A stretch of DNA of 64,000 nt from Podarcis vaucheri (Eukaryota): the NCBI GenBank assembly GCA_965113315.1, contig OZ220364.1. The stretch is one strand, 5' to 3'. Of the stretch, positions 23,020 to 35,900 are shown one piece after another. Below the pieces are notes generated by a model. It saw nothing but the letters and a program-made list of their open reading frames with translations. It had not been told where the DNA came from and ran no database searches. A program made the position numbers and the translations under genes. Position 1 is the first letter of the stretch. Each line of letters opens with the position of its first letter.

Positions 23020-23265
23020 TTTATTTTATTTATTTATTTTATTTTGTTAGTTAGTTTCATTAGTATGTTAGTTAGTATACTGCCCTTCATCTGAAGATCA
23101 CATGGTGGTTTACAACATAAAACTACAAAATGGTAGGGTATAACAACAACAACAACAACAACAGACCAATAAACCAAAATCCCCCTCCTACAAACACATT
23201 TAAAAGGCCATAGATTGCTTAACCAGCTCAAGGCCTGGTTACAGAGAAACATTTTTGCCTGACAC
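23020..23265 (-). mobile_element. L2 3' end (old)
   Basis: AT-rich microsatellite tail, then TATACTGCCCTTCATC...AAGGCCTGG. Resembles the reverse complement of 53280-53440. Confidence 0.55.
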
Positions 23266-24667
23266 CAATTAGTATGCACACCTTGCTGATGTGATTGCAT
23301 TAGGAATGACAGGGGGGAAGACACCTTCATAGTCAGGATGCCTCATGTATCTTTGCATAATGCCCAAGGGTTACTGCTATGTTCTATGCTAATGGACAGC
23401 AGACAGGATACACTCCTGCTTGCTCGTGCCCTGGGTTTCTAAGTCCAAGATGAAATGGAGATTTTAGCAGCCAAGGTATTGTATAGATACTTAAAATGAG
23501 AGCAAGGCTGCGCCTCTAGGTAACATGCTAGATAACACAACTTTTTCTCATTATAACATGTTAGAAATAACATTATACTTTCACTGGCCGGTCACACTTC
23601 AGAAGTTTTCTTTTTGACATTTATATTCTGCCCCTTGTCAATCCAGTCCTTAAAGGGTTAAATGATATTGTCACGCTGGACCTGAGATGACCAAAGCCTT
23701 AGACCTCACATGCAAGCAAACCCTAGACTCAGATTGTGTCTGGGAACATGCTTTTCAAACAAAGAAGCTATGAATGCTAAGTATGAGCTTGTGATGAAAA
23801 ATCACACTGTGGTTTGATATGCATAGATGTTGCATGCAGTGAAGCTACTGAGAAGCAGCAGAGGTTATTTGGTTAAGACCTAGCAGGTGCAGGTAAGGAG
23901 ACAACTGAGATAAAAAACAACTCAGAAGCTAGTGATAAAAGATAGTGGGGCAAGAATGTCTTTAACTTGACAGTGCCATGCCACAACACAAATGATCTTG
24001 TGTTCAAAGAAGAATGACAAGGCTGGCGACAAGACATGTCATCAGAGCCTCAACAACAATAAGGGTTATATAAGGGTTTTTTGTTGGTTTGAAGGTTTTT
24101 GCCAAAAAATAAAGCAAGATGTCTAACCCAACATCAATGCATTTTGTTTTGACTTTGTTCAGCGGACACAAAGTAAGGGGACACTTTTCTGCAGAATAAA
24201 AGTCACAAATTGTTGTCCGTCTGCCAGCCACTATGGTACTGGTTGCTCAGTACCATAAATGTCATGATGGTGTGAAGGAAAGATGGGTCTGTTATGGTCC
24301 CGGTTGGATTTTGATTTGTATTGGAATACCCATACGATTCATGAGCTTTGGAGCAGTCTCCTTTGTGCAGTTCTAATGTGACTAATGACAGTAATATTAC
24401 CTGGCCAGTTTTACTCCAAGCGTCTCTGCAAGCTTTGTGCCCTGTAAATTTTACTTTTATGGCATTTCATGCTTCTGCAGATTGCCGCCAGAGCTACCTG
24501 CAGCATTTATTGCTTTAACAACATTTTCAAACACTCTGCCAGAAACTAATTGGCTTTCAATGTCACAAAGTAAACATGGCAAAGGCAAGTTAAGGAACAT
24601 CAATGTCTAACAAATAAGCAGACAGATGCATGGATCCAGAAAAACCACAGTGACATTTAATCATATT

Positions 24668-24726
<59 letters not shown>

Positions 24727-24727
24727 A
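24668..24727. repeat. (GAAA)n microsatellite
   Basis: Direct inspection. Confidence 0.98.
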
Positions 24728-24824
24728 GGCCTATCATTTGCTAAGTGTAAAGGCACACTGTAGAGTTGACTCAGCTCATATTGAGGGTTCCAACAGGGGC
24801 AACTATGAAACCATGGAAGTTGCT

Positions 24825-25027
24825 TTCTCAAGAGACAGTGATGGCAACCAACCTAGATGGATTTCAAAGAAGATAAGACAAATTCATGGTGGAGAGGGCT
24901 ATGCTCTGCCTCCACAGTTGGAGGCAGTGATGCTTCTGAATACCAATTGCTGGGAACCACAAGAAGGGGGAGTGCTCTTGAATCCTGCTTGCAGGTTTCT
25001 CACAGGCATCTAGTTGGCCACTGTAAG
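24825..25027 (+). mobile_element. CR1 3' fragment
   Basis: GTGATGGCAACCAACCTAGATGGATTTCAAAGAAGATAAGACAAATTCATGG, a typical CR1 ORF2 end, followed by 3' UTR. Confidence 0.65.
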
Positions 25028-25032
25028 AACAC

Positions 25033-25116
25033 TGCAGTGAACAGGCAAATGTTCCATATGGGGATTGAACATGCAACCTAGGCATTATCAGCACCATGCC
25101 CTAACCCATTGAGCTA
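25033..25116 (-). mobile_element. tRNA-Ile-headed SINE fragment
   Basis: Same head as 20065-20130. Confidence 0.7.
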
Positions 25117-25138
25117 CCAACCGAGAAACATGCACATA

Positions 25139-25364
25139 CAGTGGTACTTCAGGTTACATACGCTTCAGGTTACAGACTCCACTAACCCAGAAATAGTGCT
25201 TCCCGTTAAGAACTTTGCTTCAGGATGAGAACAGAAATTGTGCTCCAGCAGCGCGGCAGCAGCAGGAGGCCCCATTAGCTAAAGTGGTGCTTCAGGTTAA
25301 GAACAGTTTCAGCTTAAGTACGGACCTCCAGAACGAATTAAGTACTTAACTGGAGGTACCACTG
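25139..25364. mobile_element. Tigger-like MITE
   Basis: TIRs and TA TSD, same family as 7929. Followed by (CA)n at 25370-25403. Confidence 0.93.
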
Positions 25365-25365
25365 T

Positions 25366-25406
<41 letters not shown>

Positions 25407-27118
25407 CAGAGCTGGATGGCCACTTACATATCACCAAAAGACGTCAAAGACAGTGTATACACAGAGACACATATCGAGAAATAATTTCTATATTTTAAAT
25501 ATAAAAACAAGGCATCTCGCTATGTTGTGACTAGGTTGCCTGGGTGCCTGCTCAGCCTGCTTGCTGTGACTTCCAGCTCCCTGCCACTCTTCCTTCTCAT
25601 GGTTCTTTATCTTTAAAACAGACTTCGACCAGAGAGCCCTTTAAAGAGAAGAACTCCTTCAAAGAGAAGACTGTCCTCTGTAAAGTAGGATATATGACCA
25701 TCCTAATTTAAAGCATGCAGTTCTAACTGGGGAAACTGCCACTGTGACAGACAAGGTCTGAAAAGCTACATTAAGAAAGGCTAGCAGGTGACAATGGGGA
25801 ATAGTATGCTGCCTTGGAGCAGAGGAGCAGAGTTCACATTCGCAGAATGGGGCTATTCCATCTTCCCTCTGTAGTTCCTGGCCCTCCCCCATCTGCACAT
25901 ACCAAAAGAGGAGAAGCTTCGGAAGCCAGAGGAAATTTCAGCTACCAAAAAAGAAAAAAACCCAAAAAACTTCTGCTTTGGAGTAGATTTCAAGGTGACT
26001 TAACAAACCAAACTGACTTCTATCTAAGCATGTTGTATATTTTGTGTAGGCTTTTCATAACATGTCAAAACATCATTATGTGTTATTGGGCAGAAATCCA
26101 CTGCCACAAATGGAGGGGGGGAACCACCCTGATTTTTGATACTTACCAATCCTAAGTGATGAACTTGGACAAACAGTCTGTAACAAGGGTTTGTGATATT
26201 AAATTAACCTTATTCTTCAAATAACTAATCACTCGATCAGCAAATTCTAGGGGAGTCGAAGTGGATGAAAGAAGGAAAGAAAACAGGTAGTTCACAGCTT
26301 GCTACCTGTGACAGCCAATAATGTGGTATATTGGGGAAAGAAGAAGCTGAACAATGGCTGAGTGGCCTAGATGCCTTTAGCATTGGGTGCTTGGAGGAGG
26401 AGGCATGGATATGGTGATGCCAATGCCATGCAGGTATGCAGATGCTGACAGATCAGTAGCATCTAAAGCAGGTCTGAAGCTCATTCTGGGTTATGCCAGC
26501 CGGAAAACAGTGCATGGTGTTAGCCTAGTAGCTGTCATTCCACTGCCACCATCTCCTGCCACCTGTTAGAAAGGGTATTGGTCTTCCTAGCTGCTGTCTA
26601 GCAGCAGTAGTCTCTTACTTTCTACTGAACCATGTATGGGCTCCTGCCGCTTGCCAGTTTCACAGAAGAATGACTAACACCAAGCCTAGAAATGCAATCT
26701 GCTTGTCCATCCTACATCCTACTTTCCAAAGTTGCTCTGAGAGTCAAAGTAGCTGGTGACAGAGGCTGCCATTAAAACAAGGCCCACCATTGTGTTCTCC
26801 AAATTCTAATTTGTATATTGTTAAAAATTAATTCGGCAGATTTATCTGTTCAGCTGTATTTTGTACATGAACTACAGTGGCTGGTGGATGATGCGAATAA
26901 TTATCTTTATATCAAGATGGAATATGCAGTCTGTAATGTGTGTGTGTGTTAAAAAACTATGGTCTCTACATATGGAATGTAAAATTATTTTAAAATGCTT
27001 TATAGATGGAACTGTTTTTAAATGTTCTTACACTTTTCTTCTTTTGTGGTTGTAATTGTTTTATAACTTGCTATTTTATTATTGTAGTCAACCCTGGAAC
27101 TTTACAGTAAAGGACAGG

Positions 27119-27368
27119 AGAAGAAGAAGAGTTTGGATTTGATATCCCGCTTTATCACTACCCTAAGGAGTCTCAAAGTGGCTAACATTCTCCTTTCCCT
27201 TCCTCCTCCACAACAAACACTCTGTGAGGTGAGTGGGGCTGAGACACTGCAGAGAAGTGTGACTGGCCCAAGGTCACCCAGCAGCTGCATGTGGAGGAGT
27301 GGAGACACGAACCCAGTTCACCAGATTATGAGTCCACTGCTCTTAACCACTACACCACACTGGCTCTC
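27119..27368 (-). mobile_element. Squam3-like SINE, full length
   Basis: Reverse complement of 8862-9118. Confidence 0.88.
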
Positions 27369-27432
27369 TAATCTAATCTAATCTAATCTAATCTAATCTA
27401 ATCTAATCTAATCCAATCTAGTCTAATCTAAT
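27369..27432. repeat. (TAATC)n pentanucleotide microsatellite
   Basis: Direct inspection. Confidence 0.95.
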
Positions 27433-28022
27433 AAGAGAAATAAACAAATACATACATACATGCAAATATACATACATACATAAAAAATCTGAGGAAAAGA
27501 TCAGTTACGGAGATATAGAGTGCAAGAAAGGAGGGGCCATGATGAAAATGGGGCTAGGAAATTCTTTTGAAGGACCTAGGCACATGAGGGACTTTGTAGT
27601 GAGGGGAGAAAGGGAGAGTTTTGATCATTTATTTAACACTCTTCACTTTCACCTTTCCTTGGTGGGGAACAAAAATAAAATCAGAAATTGGCATTTAAGA
27701 TATCCCTTACAAACACTAGAACACTAACACTTTAAATCAACAGCAGAAACAGCAGCAGCAATAAAAATAAATAAAAAATATGCAAAGCTCCAGAGACAGT
27801 TAAAGTCATTTTCATAAAATTTATGACCCAAAGGCCTTCAGAGGTTGTGTGTGTGTGTGACAGTTTGATTTGTGAGCTGTTGTAGGATTTCCTAAATTAA
27901 ACATGGTATATAAATGGACCTAATAAAATAAATAATGAATAATAAAATGGAAACTTTTTCACTGATTTATGAAAGGCCATTAGAGAGGAGGCAAGGTGGA
28001 CAACTGAATAGACAACTACTTT

Positions 28023-28163
28023 GAGAAGAGCTGCAGCTCAGGGGCAGAAGACCCCAAGTTCAATCCATGGCATAGCCAGGTAGGGCTGGAGAGACCCCTA
28101 ACATAAAAGCCTGGAGAGCCATCATCAGCCAGTGTCAACAATACTGAAGTAGATGGACCAATG
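28023..28163 (+). mobile_element. Squam2-like SINE (decayed)
   Basis: GCAGCTCAG...GTTCAATCC...CCTGGAGAGCC...TAGATGGACCAATG. Confidence 0.65.
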
Positions 28164-28566
28164 AAGCTTGCACCTTAAAGAACTGCAGAGTTCAGAACAT
28201 TCAGCTAGGTAATGTGTCTTCTGTAACAGAAAAGGCCATGCCTCTAAAATTCTTCTTTCTGTGCAAATGCAGAAGCCATTTCTGCCAGAGGGTGCATCTG
28301 TAAGAAAACCCTAAGAGACCCAAGAGGATAGTGTGTAAATGGACAGGGATTCATAAACTGATTTGAAGCCAAAGCTACCAAACAGTGAGGCACAGCAAAT
28401 CCAGAGTCTGGGAAAATCCTTAAGCAGGATGTTTAATTGCTGTGGACCCATAGATGGGCTCTTAACCACACGGGAAGCCATTTGTGTGAAAAGATTTTCT
28501 ATGTTGCGTCTTTCACCATCAAAACTATCTGAAAAGGAAGACATTTGCTGGCATGGGAGAGCAGTA

Positions 28567-28792
28567 CAGTGGTACCTCGGGTTAAGTACTTAATTCATTC
28601 CAGAGGTCTGTTCTTAACCTGAAACTGTTCTTAACCTGAAGCACCACTTTAGCTAATGGGGCCTCCCCCTGCCGCCGCACCACCAGAGCACAATTTCTGT
28701 TCTCATCCTGAAGCAAAGTTCTTAACCTGAAGCACTATTTCTGGGTTAGCGGAGTCTGTAACCTGAAGCATATGTAACCTGAGGTACCACTG
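28567..28792. mobile_element. Tigger-like MITE
   Basis: TIRs and TA TSD, same family as 7929. Confidence 0.93.
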
Positions 28793-29515
28793 TACCTTCA
28801 AATAAATTGTTTCCCAAACGGTCAGAAAGACACCCAGTTTGGGTACCAGTGTAACACAGGGATACATCACAACTGTTTGCTCTTGTTTTATTCCACAGTT
28901 TCAAGTTCCCCTGCTGAATATGTCTGGTTAAGCATTTCCAAATCACAGTAGGATAAATGCTGCTGCAACTGTTTTAATTCTTGTAATTTTCAGTAGATTA
29001 CAGCTAGTAGCAAATAATTGTAGTTACTGTACTGCAATACTGCAATTTCATGTTCCAGCTAGCAGTGTTGTTAACATTGGCTTTATTATATACCCTGTAT
29101 TCTTGTGCAGTCTCCGAAAATCTAATAGTAAAACAAAAATCCCAGGAAGGCACATATATTTCTATAAAGCATCGGCAAAAGCACAATACGGCATGAAAAC
29201 CTTCACCTGAGATGCTCTTAATACACGTGAGAACCATGATTTATTTAAAAAATCTAGTTTGAAAAGCTTTATAAACAGATACATTTATTTTTTTACAAAA
29301 AGAAGTGAGCAGCTCATTTCTATAGTGCATTTGTGACCACTTTACTGTCATAACTGCAAGCTAGTGTATATTCTATACTTAGTAAACAGTGTCAAGAGTC
29401 ATGACGTAGTCAAGATGATACAGGTATGTTTAGATCAATTGTACAACCAGTCACAATGCTGGGCCTGAACAACTTCCCTGCCAACTGCACAAGGGAAGCG
29501 CAATCCATACCCATA

Positions 29516-29652
29516 TCCTTCCTTGGAGGTTTTTAAGCAGAGGTTGGATGGCCATCTGCCATGGATGCTTTAGTTGAGATTCCTGCGTCACAGGGGGTTG
29601 GATGAGATGACCCTTTGTGTCCCTTCCAACTCTAAGATTCCATGATTCTATG
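29516..29652 (+). mobile_element. CR1 LINE 3' end
   Basis: Homologous to 16307-16455, with ATTCCATGATTCTATGA tail. Confidence 0.88.
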
Positions 29653-29667
29653 AAGTATCACAATCAT

Positions 29668-29869
29668 GGGGAAGGGCTGTAGCTCCCATTGTAGAGCACT
29701 TGCTTTGTATATAAAAGGTTCCAGGTTCAATGCCTGGTATTTCCAGGTAGAAGTGGGAAAGATACCTTTTCTCTGAAACTCTGGAGAGCAGCTGATGGTC
29801 TGTGTGGAAGTGCTAACCTAGATGGATCAATGGTCTGACATAGTAGAAGGCAGCTTTTGATGTTTCCTA
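29668..29869 (+). mobile_element. Squam2-like tRNA SINE, near full length
   Basis: GGGAAGGGCTGTAGCTC...GGTTCAATGCC...TAGATGGATCAATGGTCTGAC...AGGCAGCTT. Confidence 0.75.
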
Positions 29870-30994
29870 GTTCAAATCCATTTCCCCGTAGGCTATGTAA
29901 TTTCATTTTCTTAACTGGAATAGCTGCTTACAGTTAGCATTCCCAATACTACTCAAAACTGACATATATTGGCATCTACATAATTGAAATAAGTGTTTTG
30001 CAACAGTTCGTTTCAGAATTCAGTATAGTAGCTGTGTTGAAGCCGCAAACACAACAAAGGCAGACACATCACGATACCATCAAATGCAAGAACCCGGCGT
30101 GCATTTGATGACATAGGGCCTCGCCCGCAAAAAGATTGTGGTTAAATACATTTGCTTGTCTTTAATATGCCACTGATTGGTACTAAAGGGGGGAAATGGG
30201 TGAAGGTATCACACAAATCCTTATCACTGAAGAAAGGGTAGAAAAGGTATGTGTGGAGGGTCACATCCAGTCAAAGCTGTGGGATTTGGTGGAAATGGAA
30301 GAGCTCAGATGGCATGAGCTGCTATCTCCTGGTGTCAGATTTACACATTCAAATGATGTGTGCAAATTACAGATAACAATACTTAACCAGCATCAATGGC
30401 CATCAGAGTTGGGATTTGGAACTTCTTATTTCCACAAACTTAGCAAAATAATTTTTTTCTGCTCAAGGTAGTCCAAAGCTTCATGAAAATAGAATTTTTT
30501 TATTAATTTACTTGTCATAGAATGCTTTTCATCACATCCCGATCACTAGTTGTTTCCAATATAGTCATAAAACACAATTAAGATTATCACAATTTATAAC
30601 AAAAACAGTGCAGTCACTTCTAAAATCTGGTGCATGCTAAACAAGTCTTTCAAAAGCCTGTTAGAATATTTATGTTTTTACTTGGTGGTGGAAAAATGGC
30701 AATGTGGTGGTTATCTGTGCTGCCAGGAAGACGGAATTTCACAGTTGGTGTGTCAGAGAGAAACTATGCTGTACTGTGAATGCTGTACTGTGTACCTGCT
30801 GTCACCCAACCACCACCAAGCTCAGATTGCAAGTTGGCTGATATGGGAACAGGCACTTCATCAAGCATCTCAGCTCAGGGCTTTATAGGTTAACATGGTT
30901 CCAGTTACAGATAGGTAGCCGTGTTGGTCTGCCATAGTCAAAATAAAAAAAATCCTTCCAGTAGCACCTTAAAGACCAACTAAGTTAGTTCTTG

Positions 30995-31032
30995 GTATGA
31001 GCTTTCGTGTGCATGCACACTTCTTCAGATAC
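30995..31032 (-). ncRNA. Minimal type I hammerhead ribozyme (PLE-associated), intact core
   Basis: Minus strand GTAT-CTGAAGA-A-GTGTGCATGCACAC-GAAA-GCTC-ATAC: stem I GTAT/ATAC, CUGANGA, stem II, GAAA, palindromic AGCT stem III, UC cleavage site. Confidence 0.75.
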
Positions 31033-31042
31033 ACACTGAAGT

Positions 31043-31080
31043 GTATCTGAAGAAGTGTGCATGCACACAAAAGCTCATAC
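31043..31080 (+). ncRNA. Minimal hammerhead ribozyme, core-mutated (GAAA to AAAA)
   Basis: GTATCTGAAGAAGTGTGCATGCACACAAAAGCTCATAC. The catalytic G of GAAA is replaced by A at a CpG. Confidence 0.6.
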
Positions 31081-32719
31081 CAAGAACTAACTTAGTTGGT
31101 CTTTAAGGTGCTACTGGAAGGAATTTTTTTATTTAGGTTAACATGAATACTTTAAATTTGGCCATGCAATGTATAGGCAGCCAGTGCATGTCCTGAAAAA
31201 TGGGTGTCATATGCAGTGCTGGATCAACCAGTACTCTAGTGGCAGCATTCTACATTAGCTCCATTTTTTAGACCATCTTCAAAAGAATCGGGGGAGCAGG
31301 TTTATGGAGGTTATAACACAAGCCCGCCCCCACCTCACACTTCCTGGATGTACTCACTCTTTTCTAAACAAAAGAGGCTCAATTGTTGTTATCGTCCCTC
31401 GTAGAGATCACCTGTTAGTCACATGACATCGTAGCAAGATTGATGGATTTGGTAGGTTTGACTTGGGAACTCCATAAGCTGTAATATAACAGTGTTTCAA
31501 AGGGGTGTGATTCATGAGAGGGCCGTGCTTTGCTGATACAGTCATGATCTTCACCTTCCTCATGGCAGTAACAACCAACCAAGTTGGGCAAACAAATGTG
31601 GGACAAGAATGCCATCTGACTAATATCAATTGTGCCTGTTTCTGATGGAGAAGACTTGTGGCTAATCACAGTAGGTGTAAAGCTTTTTGACCAAGAACAG
31701 AGCAGCACCAGGTATAGTTAGGTATATGGCCTGTGATTTGCACAATACAAAACCTACACAAATATATATATGCACATAAGTGTGCACTTTTATCAGGTAT
31801 CCAGTTCCAATTTCAGATAATGTATTGTCTAGGCTTGTAAATTTTTATTAGAGGTACATTAAGTAGGTAGGAATTTTAGTTGGGATTCTGAAATGTAGCC
31901 TGTTATTCAGAATGCATGAATCTGCTGTATAAAACAGTGAGAAGATGGCATTTTGCATGGTTTTTACCTGCCATTTTCCTATTAATTCTAGGCTGCTGGG
32001 TTGCTTTTCTGGTTCCCTTTGCCTGAAATAAATATGCTATGAGATTTTCTTCCAGGCTGCAGGTATTTGTATGCTCAATCACATCTGGGGAGAGCAATTA
32101 TTCCTAAATATGGTAATAGGCTCCGTGAAAAAAGCTTCAAATAGAGGAATTGTGCCCTCTTTTTTTGCTGGTTACACACAAAAGAGGTTAGGAAGAGGAA
32201 AAATTACATTTCACACTCTGTAATTTTGTTAAGTGTTGCCAAAAGCAAAAGCCTTTAGCAGTTTAATACTAAACCAAAATTAACCTTATTTATGGCAGTT
32301 TAAATTAAGTAATTTGAGGAGAAGGTTCTTGTGTAATGCATCCCTGAAAGCACTGTACCAAATGTTCTTCTGTTGGTCAAAAGTGGTGGATGAATATCTA
32401 TCCAACAAACAGCACTGCATTATATGAAACAGATTTTTTTCCCATTCCTGTTTGCTGACATAGTTCCCCTATCTGTTGCCTCTTTAGTACCATCTATTTA
32501 TTCTAATCACTGGGCCTTCTTTGTCACAGAATAGTTACATGAGTGAGCAAAGCCAATGGGGACTATGGAGTAAGGACAGTCATCATGCTGTGTGGCCAGT
32601 CAAGTCTGTCTCAACATCAAGCCAATTGAGAACAAGTGTGGTCCTTTCTGAATCAGTTACATGTGTAATCCAGTCCATTAGGGATCACACAATGAACAGG
32701 ACGATGTCACAACACTATA

Positions 32720-32955
32720 CAGTGGTACCTCGGTTTTCGAACAGCCCTGTTAAAAAACTATTCGGTATACAAACTCTGCAAAACCGGAAGTAGGTGTTAG
32801 CGAACTTTACCTCGGTCTATGAATGGAAGCCGAACGGTGGAAGGGCACCGGCAGTGGGAGGCCTCATTAGGGAAAGCGTGCCTTGGTTTAAGAACGGCTT
32901 TGGTTTAAGAACGGACTGCCAGAACGGATTAAGTTCGTAAACCGAGGTACCACTG
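32720..32955. mobile_element. Tigger-like MITE, different subfamily
   Basis: TIR CAGTGGTACCTCGGTTT / AAACCGAGGTACCACTG with TA TSD, but a distinct internal sequence. Confidence 0.9.
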
Positions 32956-35900
32956 TACAGCTAATCACATTCGAATAAAGCACAATTCTGAGGGCAAACA
33001 CGGCCAATACAGAGTTAGGGCAATGCTTCCTGAGTATCTGGAACATTTTCCTCTCTTTTGTCACATGAAAAAAATCACTGAAAAGGGGGACTTTTTATTA
33101 TATCAAAAATGTTCACAAAAGTGCCTTCCCTTTTCATCATGGTTCTTTGTTTTGAGCTGGTCTTCATCTGAACACAGCTCACATAAAACCTTTATTTATA
33201 TGCATGTTTATTGAGATCTAAATAATGAATTAATTTTGCTCTGCAAAATGCATATTTTCTGTAAATTCATATGTTCCTTTTCTAGGGTTTCATATTTGGG
33301 GTTTGACAACTCAGATTTTGTCTTCATTTCCAGAGACTTTCCCTTCATATCATTTGATCATATTGTTTGATTTCCTTCATAACCCTTGATATTGTTTTCA
33401 AATTCTTTTTCTCTATGTTATTTATTTCTCTCATGCTGCTGAATCAAACACATCCTCTTATGTATTAAGCTGAGGTGCTTGAACAAACTGGGCCAGAGTG
33501 AAAGTTGTCTATTATGTAGAAGAAAGCCCATCATCTTGTTCAGCACAGCTGTAAATCTGCATAACTGGCAGCACAAAACAAGGAAGCAAACTCTACCCAA
33601 ATATGGAAGGGGAGGTTAAATTCATTGGCAAATGAGCTTGGTGTTTCTTCTCCTACAGATGGGGAACCTGACGCAGAATCTTTTAAAGGCATTTGGCTCC
33701 AATCACAGTGCAAAGCAGTGGTATAACTGTGAAAAAACTCTTTAGCAACAAAACCACAAGCTTGGTGAGCATACATTAGAGTGCCTTTTCAGCGGTGGTT
33801 CCACTTTTGACTATGAGACTGATGCTTTTTGAGAAAATGTCCCTGGTTCCCTTTATCAAAGGGAGAAATGTTAAAGCAAATGTTAAAAACCATACAGTTA
33901 TTCAGATTCTTTAATATGGAAGCAACCCATGAAAGCTTTCAGTTTGGTACAAAACTATCTATATATTAGACTTGGCAGTAAAACTTCTCTAATAACTGAG
34001 GATATGTTGGTCAGTTCCACATTTTATTGTCCTTACATTCATAAGCTGGCACCAGAGTCCTTTTACTTAAATGTCTGGACTAATGGATCAGTCCAATTAA
34101 TGTTTTTATTCTCCTTGAAGGGCAGGCTAATAACAATTATACTGCTTTATTCCTAAAAGACAAATTGAGATCTGCAATGTGCCTCTATATAGTCATAAAC
34201 AAAATGTCTGATGTCATCACCTTAAATATCGGGAAAGAGAGACATTGGAGTCTATTGTAGCTCTTTTCGAAACTAGCTAGCATTTCCTTATGTTAACTGA
34301 ACCCTTCTACAGTAATAGGTATTAATTCAGCAATGCCTATTGTTCAAGACAGGCTTGATTAACTGTCAAATCCCATGCTGCTGATACCAAGTCCGAGGCT
34401 CCTTTCTCTGACAGTTGAGCTCTTAACTTTTAAGATGAATGGAAAGTTTAAGAGATGACTTCACGTACCTACCTCGGGACCAAGAGCTGGAAATGGATAT
34501 TTTTTCTTGCTAAGAGCCAGCCAATAGCATAGCTGTGGAGCAAGAGGCCACTCCATCTGACTTCAAATGACACAACAGAAAATGCCTCTGAACATTTAAA
34601 GTACTATTTGGACTCAAAAGACATACTCAGTATCCTAGAGAGACTAATTTAATTGCCCTCTGCTGATCTACTGAAAATGCCTTAGCCTGGGAAAATCGCA
34701 TGCTAGCCTCTGAGGCTTCATGTATATTCTTTTTTTAAAAAAAATATCCATGCAGTATCAAAGGAAATGCCCAAAAGAATATATATTCTGAGCATGCGTT
34801 TGCTAATATCAGATTTTTCTGAACAGGATGCAGAAATTGCTAGGTGAATGTTTTGGGCTTGCATTAGACGAGAGGTCACATAAAATGATGGGTTCCTTCA
34901 GCCTTAAAAAATCTATGAATACATTTATCTAAGGTTCCTTGCAATTTATATTCATGGTGAAATTTTCCCAGAGTCCGGTTTTGATTCAAAGGGGCCATTT
35001 TCACAGTTACAATGTGATTTAGCAACAAGAGGCACTTAGGCTTCCTACGTAAGGTTATATCAGGTAAGAAATTGTATGCTGCGTCTTAGCATTTATGTCT
35101 TTTTCAGCACAATCCCATCATACATGTGTTTATTTGGAAGTAAGCTCAGAGTTCATTCAAACTTACTGCCTAGTACCACAGTCTTAGACACATTGTAGCA
35201 CATCCTGAACAAACCCCTAATGTATCTGAAAAAATCCTTTCAAGTGTTATTTTTATCGGCTTGTGATTTATTTATTTCCTTATTGGGACTGCTGAGGGTG
35301 TCACCAGTTGCTGTAATCAAACCATTATTATTTTATTTTCAATTTCCTATTCTAGTTCGAGTTAGACGTATACTTTCAGAGAGTGATTCACCATTATGTT
35401 CTGTTTTGGGAAACAATAAAGATTCAGTCGCGTTTGGCTTGACTCCCTGACAATGTGAGCAGCTGAGGAATATTGACTTCCACAAGAATATATTAGTCAC
35501 AGAAAGATGACAAAAGAAGGGCAGCTGAACCAAGAAATTCACGATGGAAATGGACTCAGATGGAAAACTGTGACACCTAGGATAACCCCAGATTCTGACT
35601 CTTACCCACAGCATACTGCAAGTGCTTCACCCCACACTCATGGGGGGTGATGCCAAAGGGGATCTTCCTCTGTGGCGGCACAACAATACTCCAGCTCAGC
35701 CTGGTTCATGTTTGTATTAAAAATTAAGAAGAAAAGTTTACTATATGTATAATGTGTGAAGTATCATGTATGTGATAGAATATCATGTATGTGATAGAAT
35801 ATATAGATTCTAAGGATTGCAAGGCTGCTGGAGGAGGGAAAGTATTGAACAAAGAATATCACTTATATTGTTACATTTGGGAGCATCTTACTCCTTAAGA

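Larger units (their letters stand above)
30898..31133. mobile_element. Penelope-like element remnant forming an inverted repeat, 12-bp TSD
   Basis: ~94-bp arms (30941-31034 and 31041-31134) around a 6-nt loop. GTAGCACCTTAAAGACCAAC...GAGCTTTCG is the reptile PLE terminal-repeat motif. Flanked by TAGGTTAACATG at 30886-30897 and 31134-31145. Confidence 0.85.

Noticed and set aside
35762-35801. 19-bp tandem duplication (similar small ones at ~8823-8855 and ~38248-38279)
   Set aside because: Ordinary slippage duplications with no further structure.
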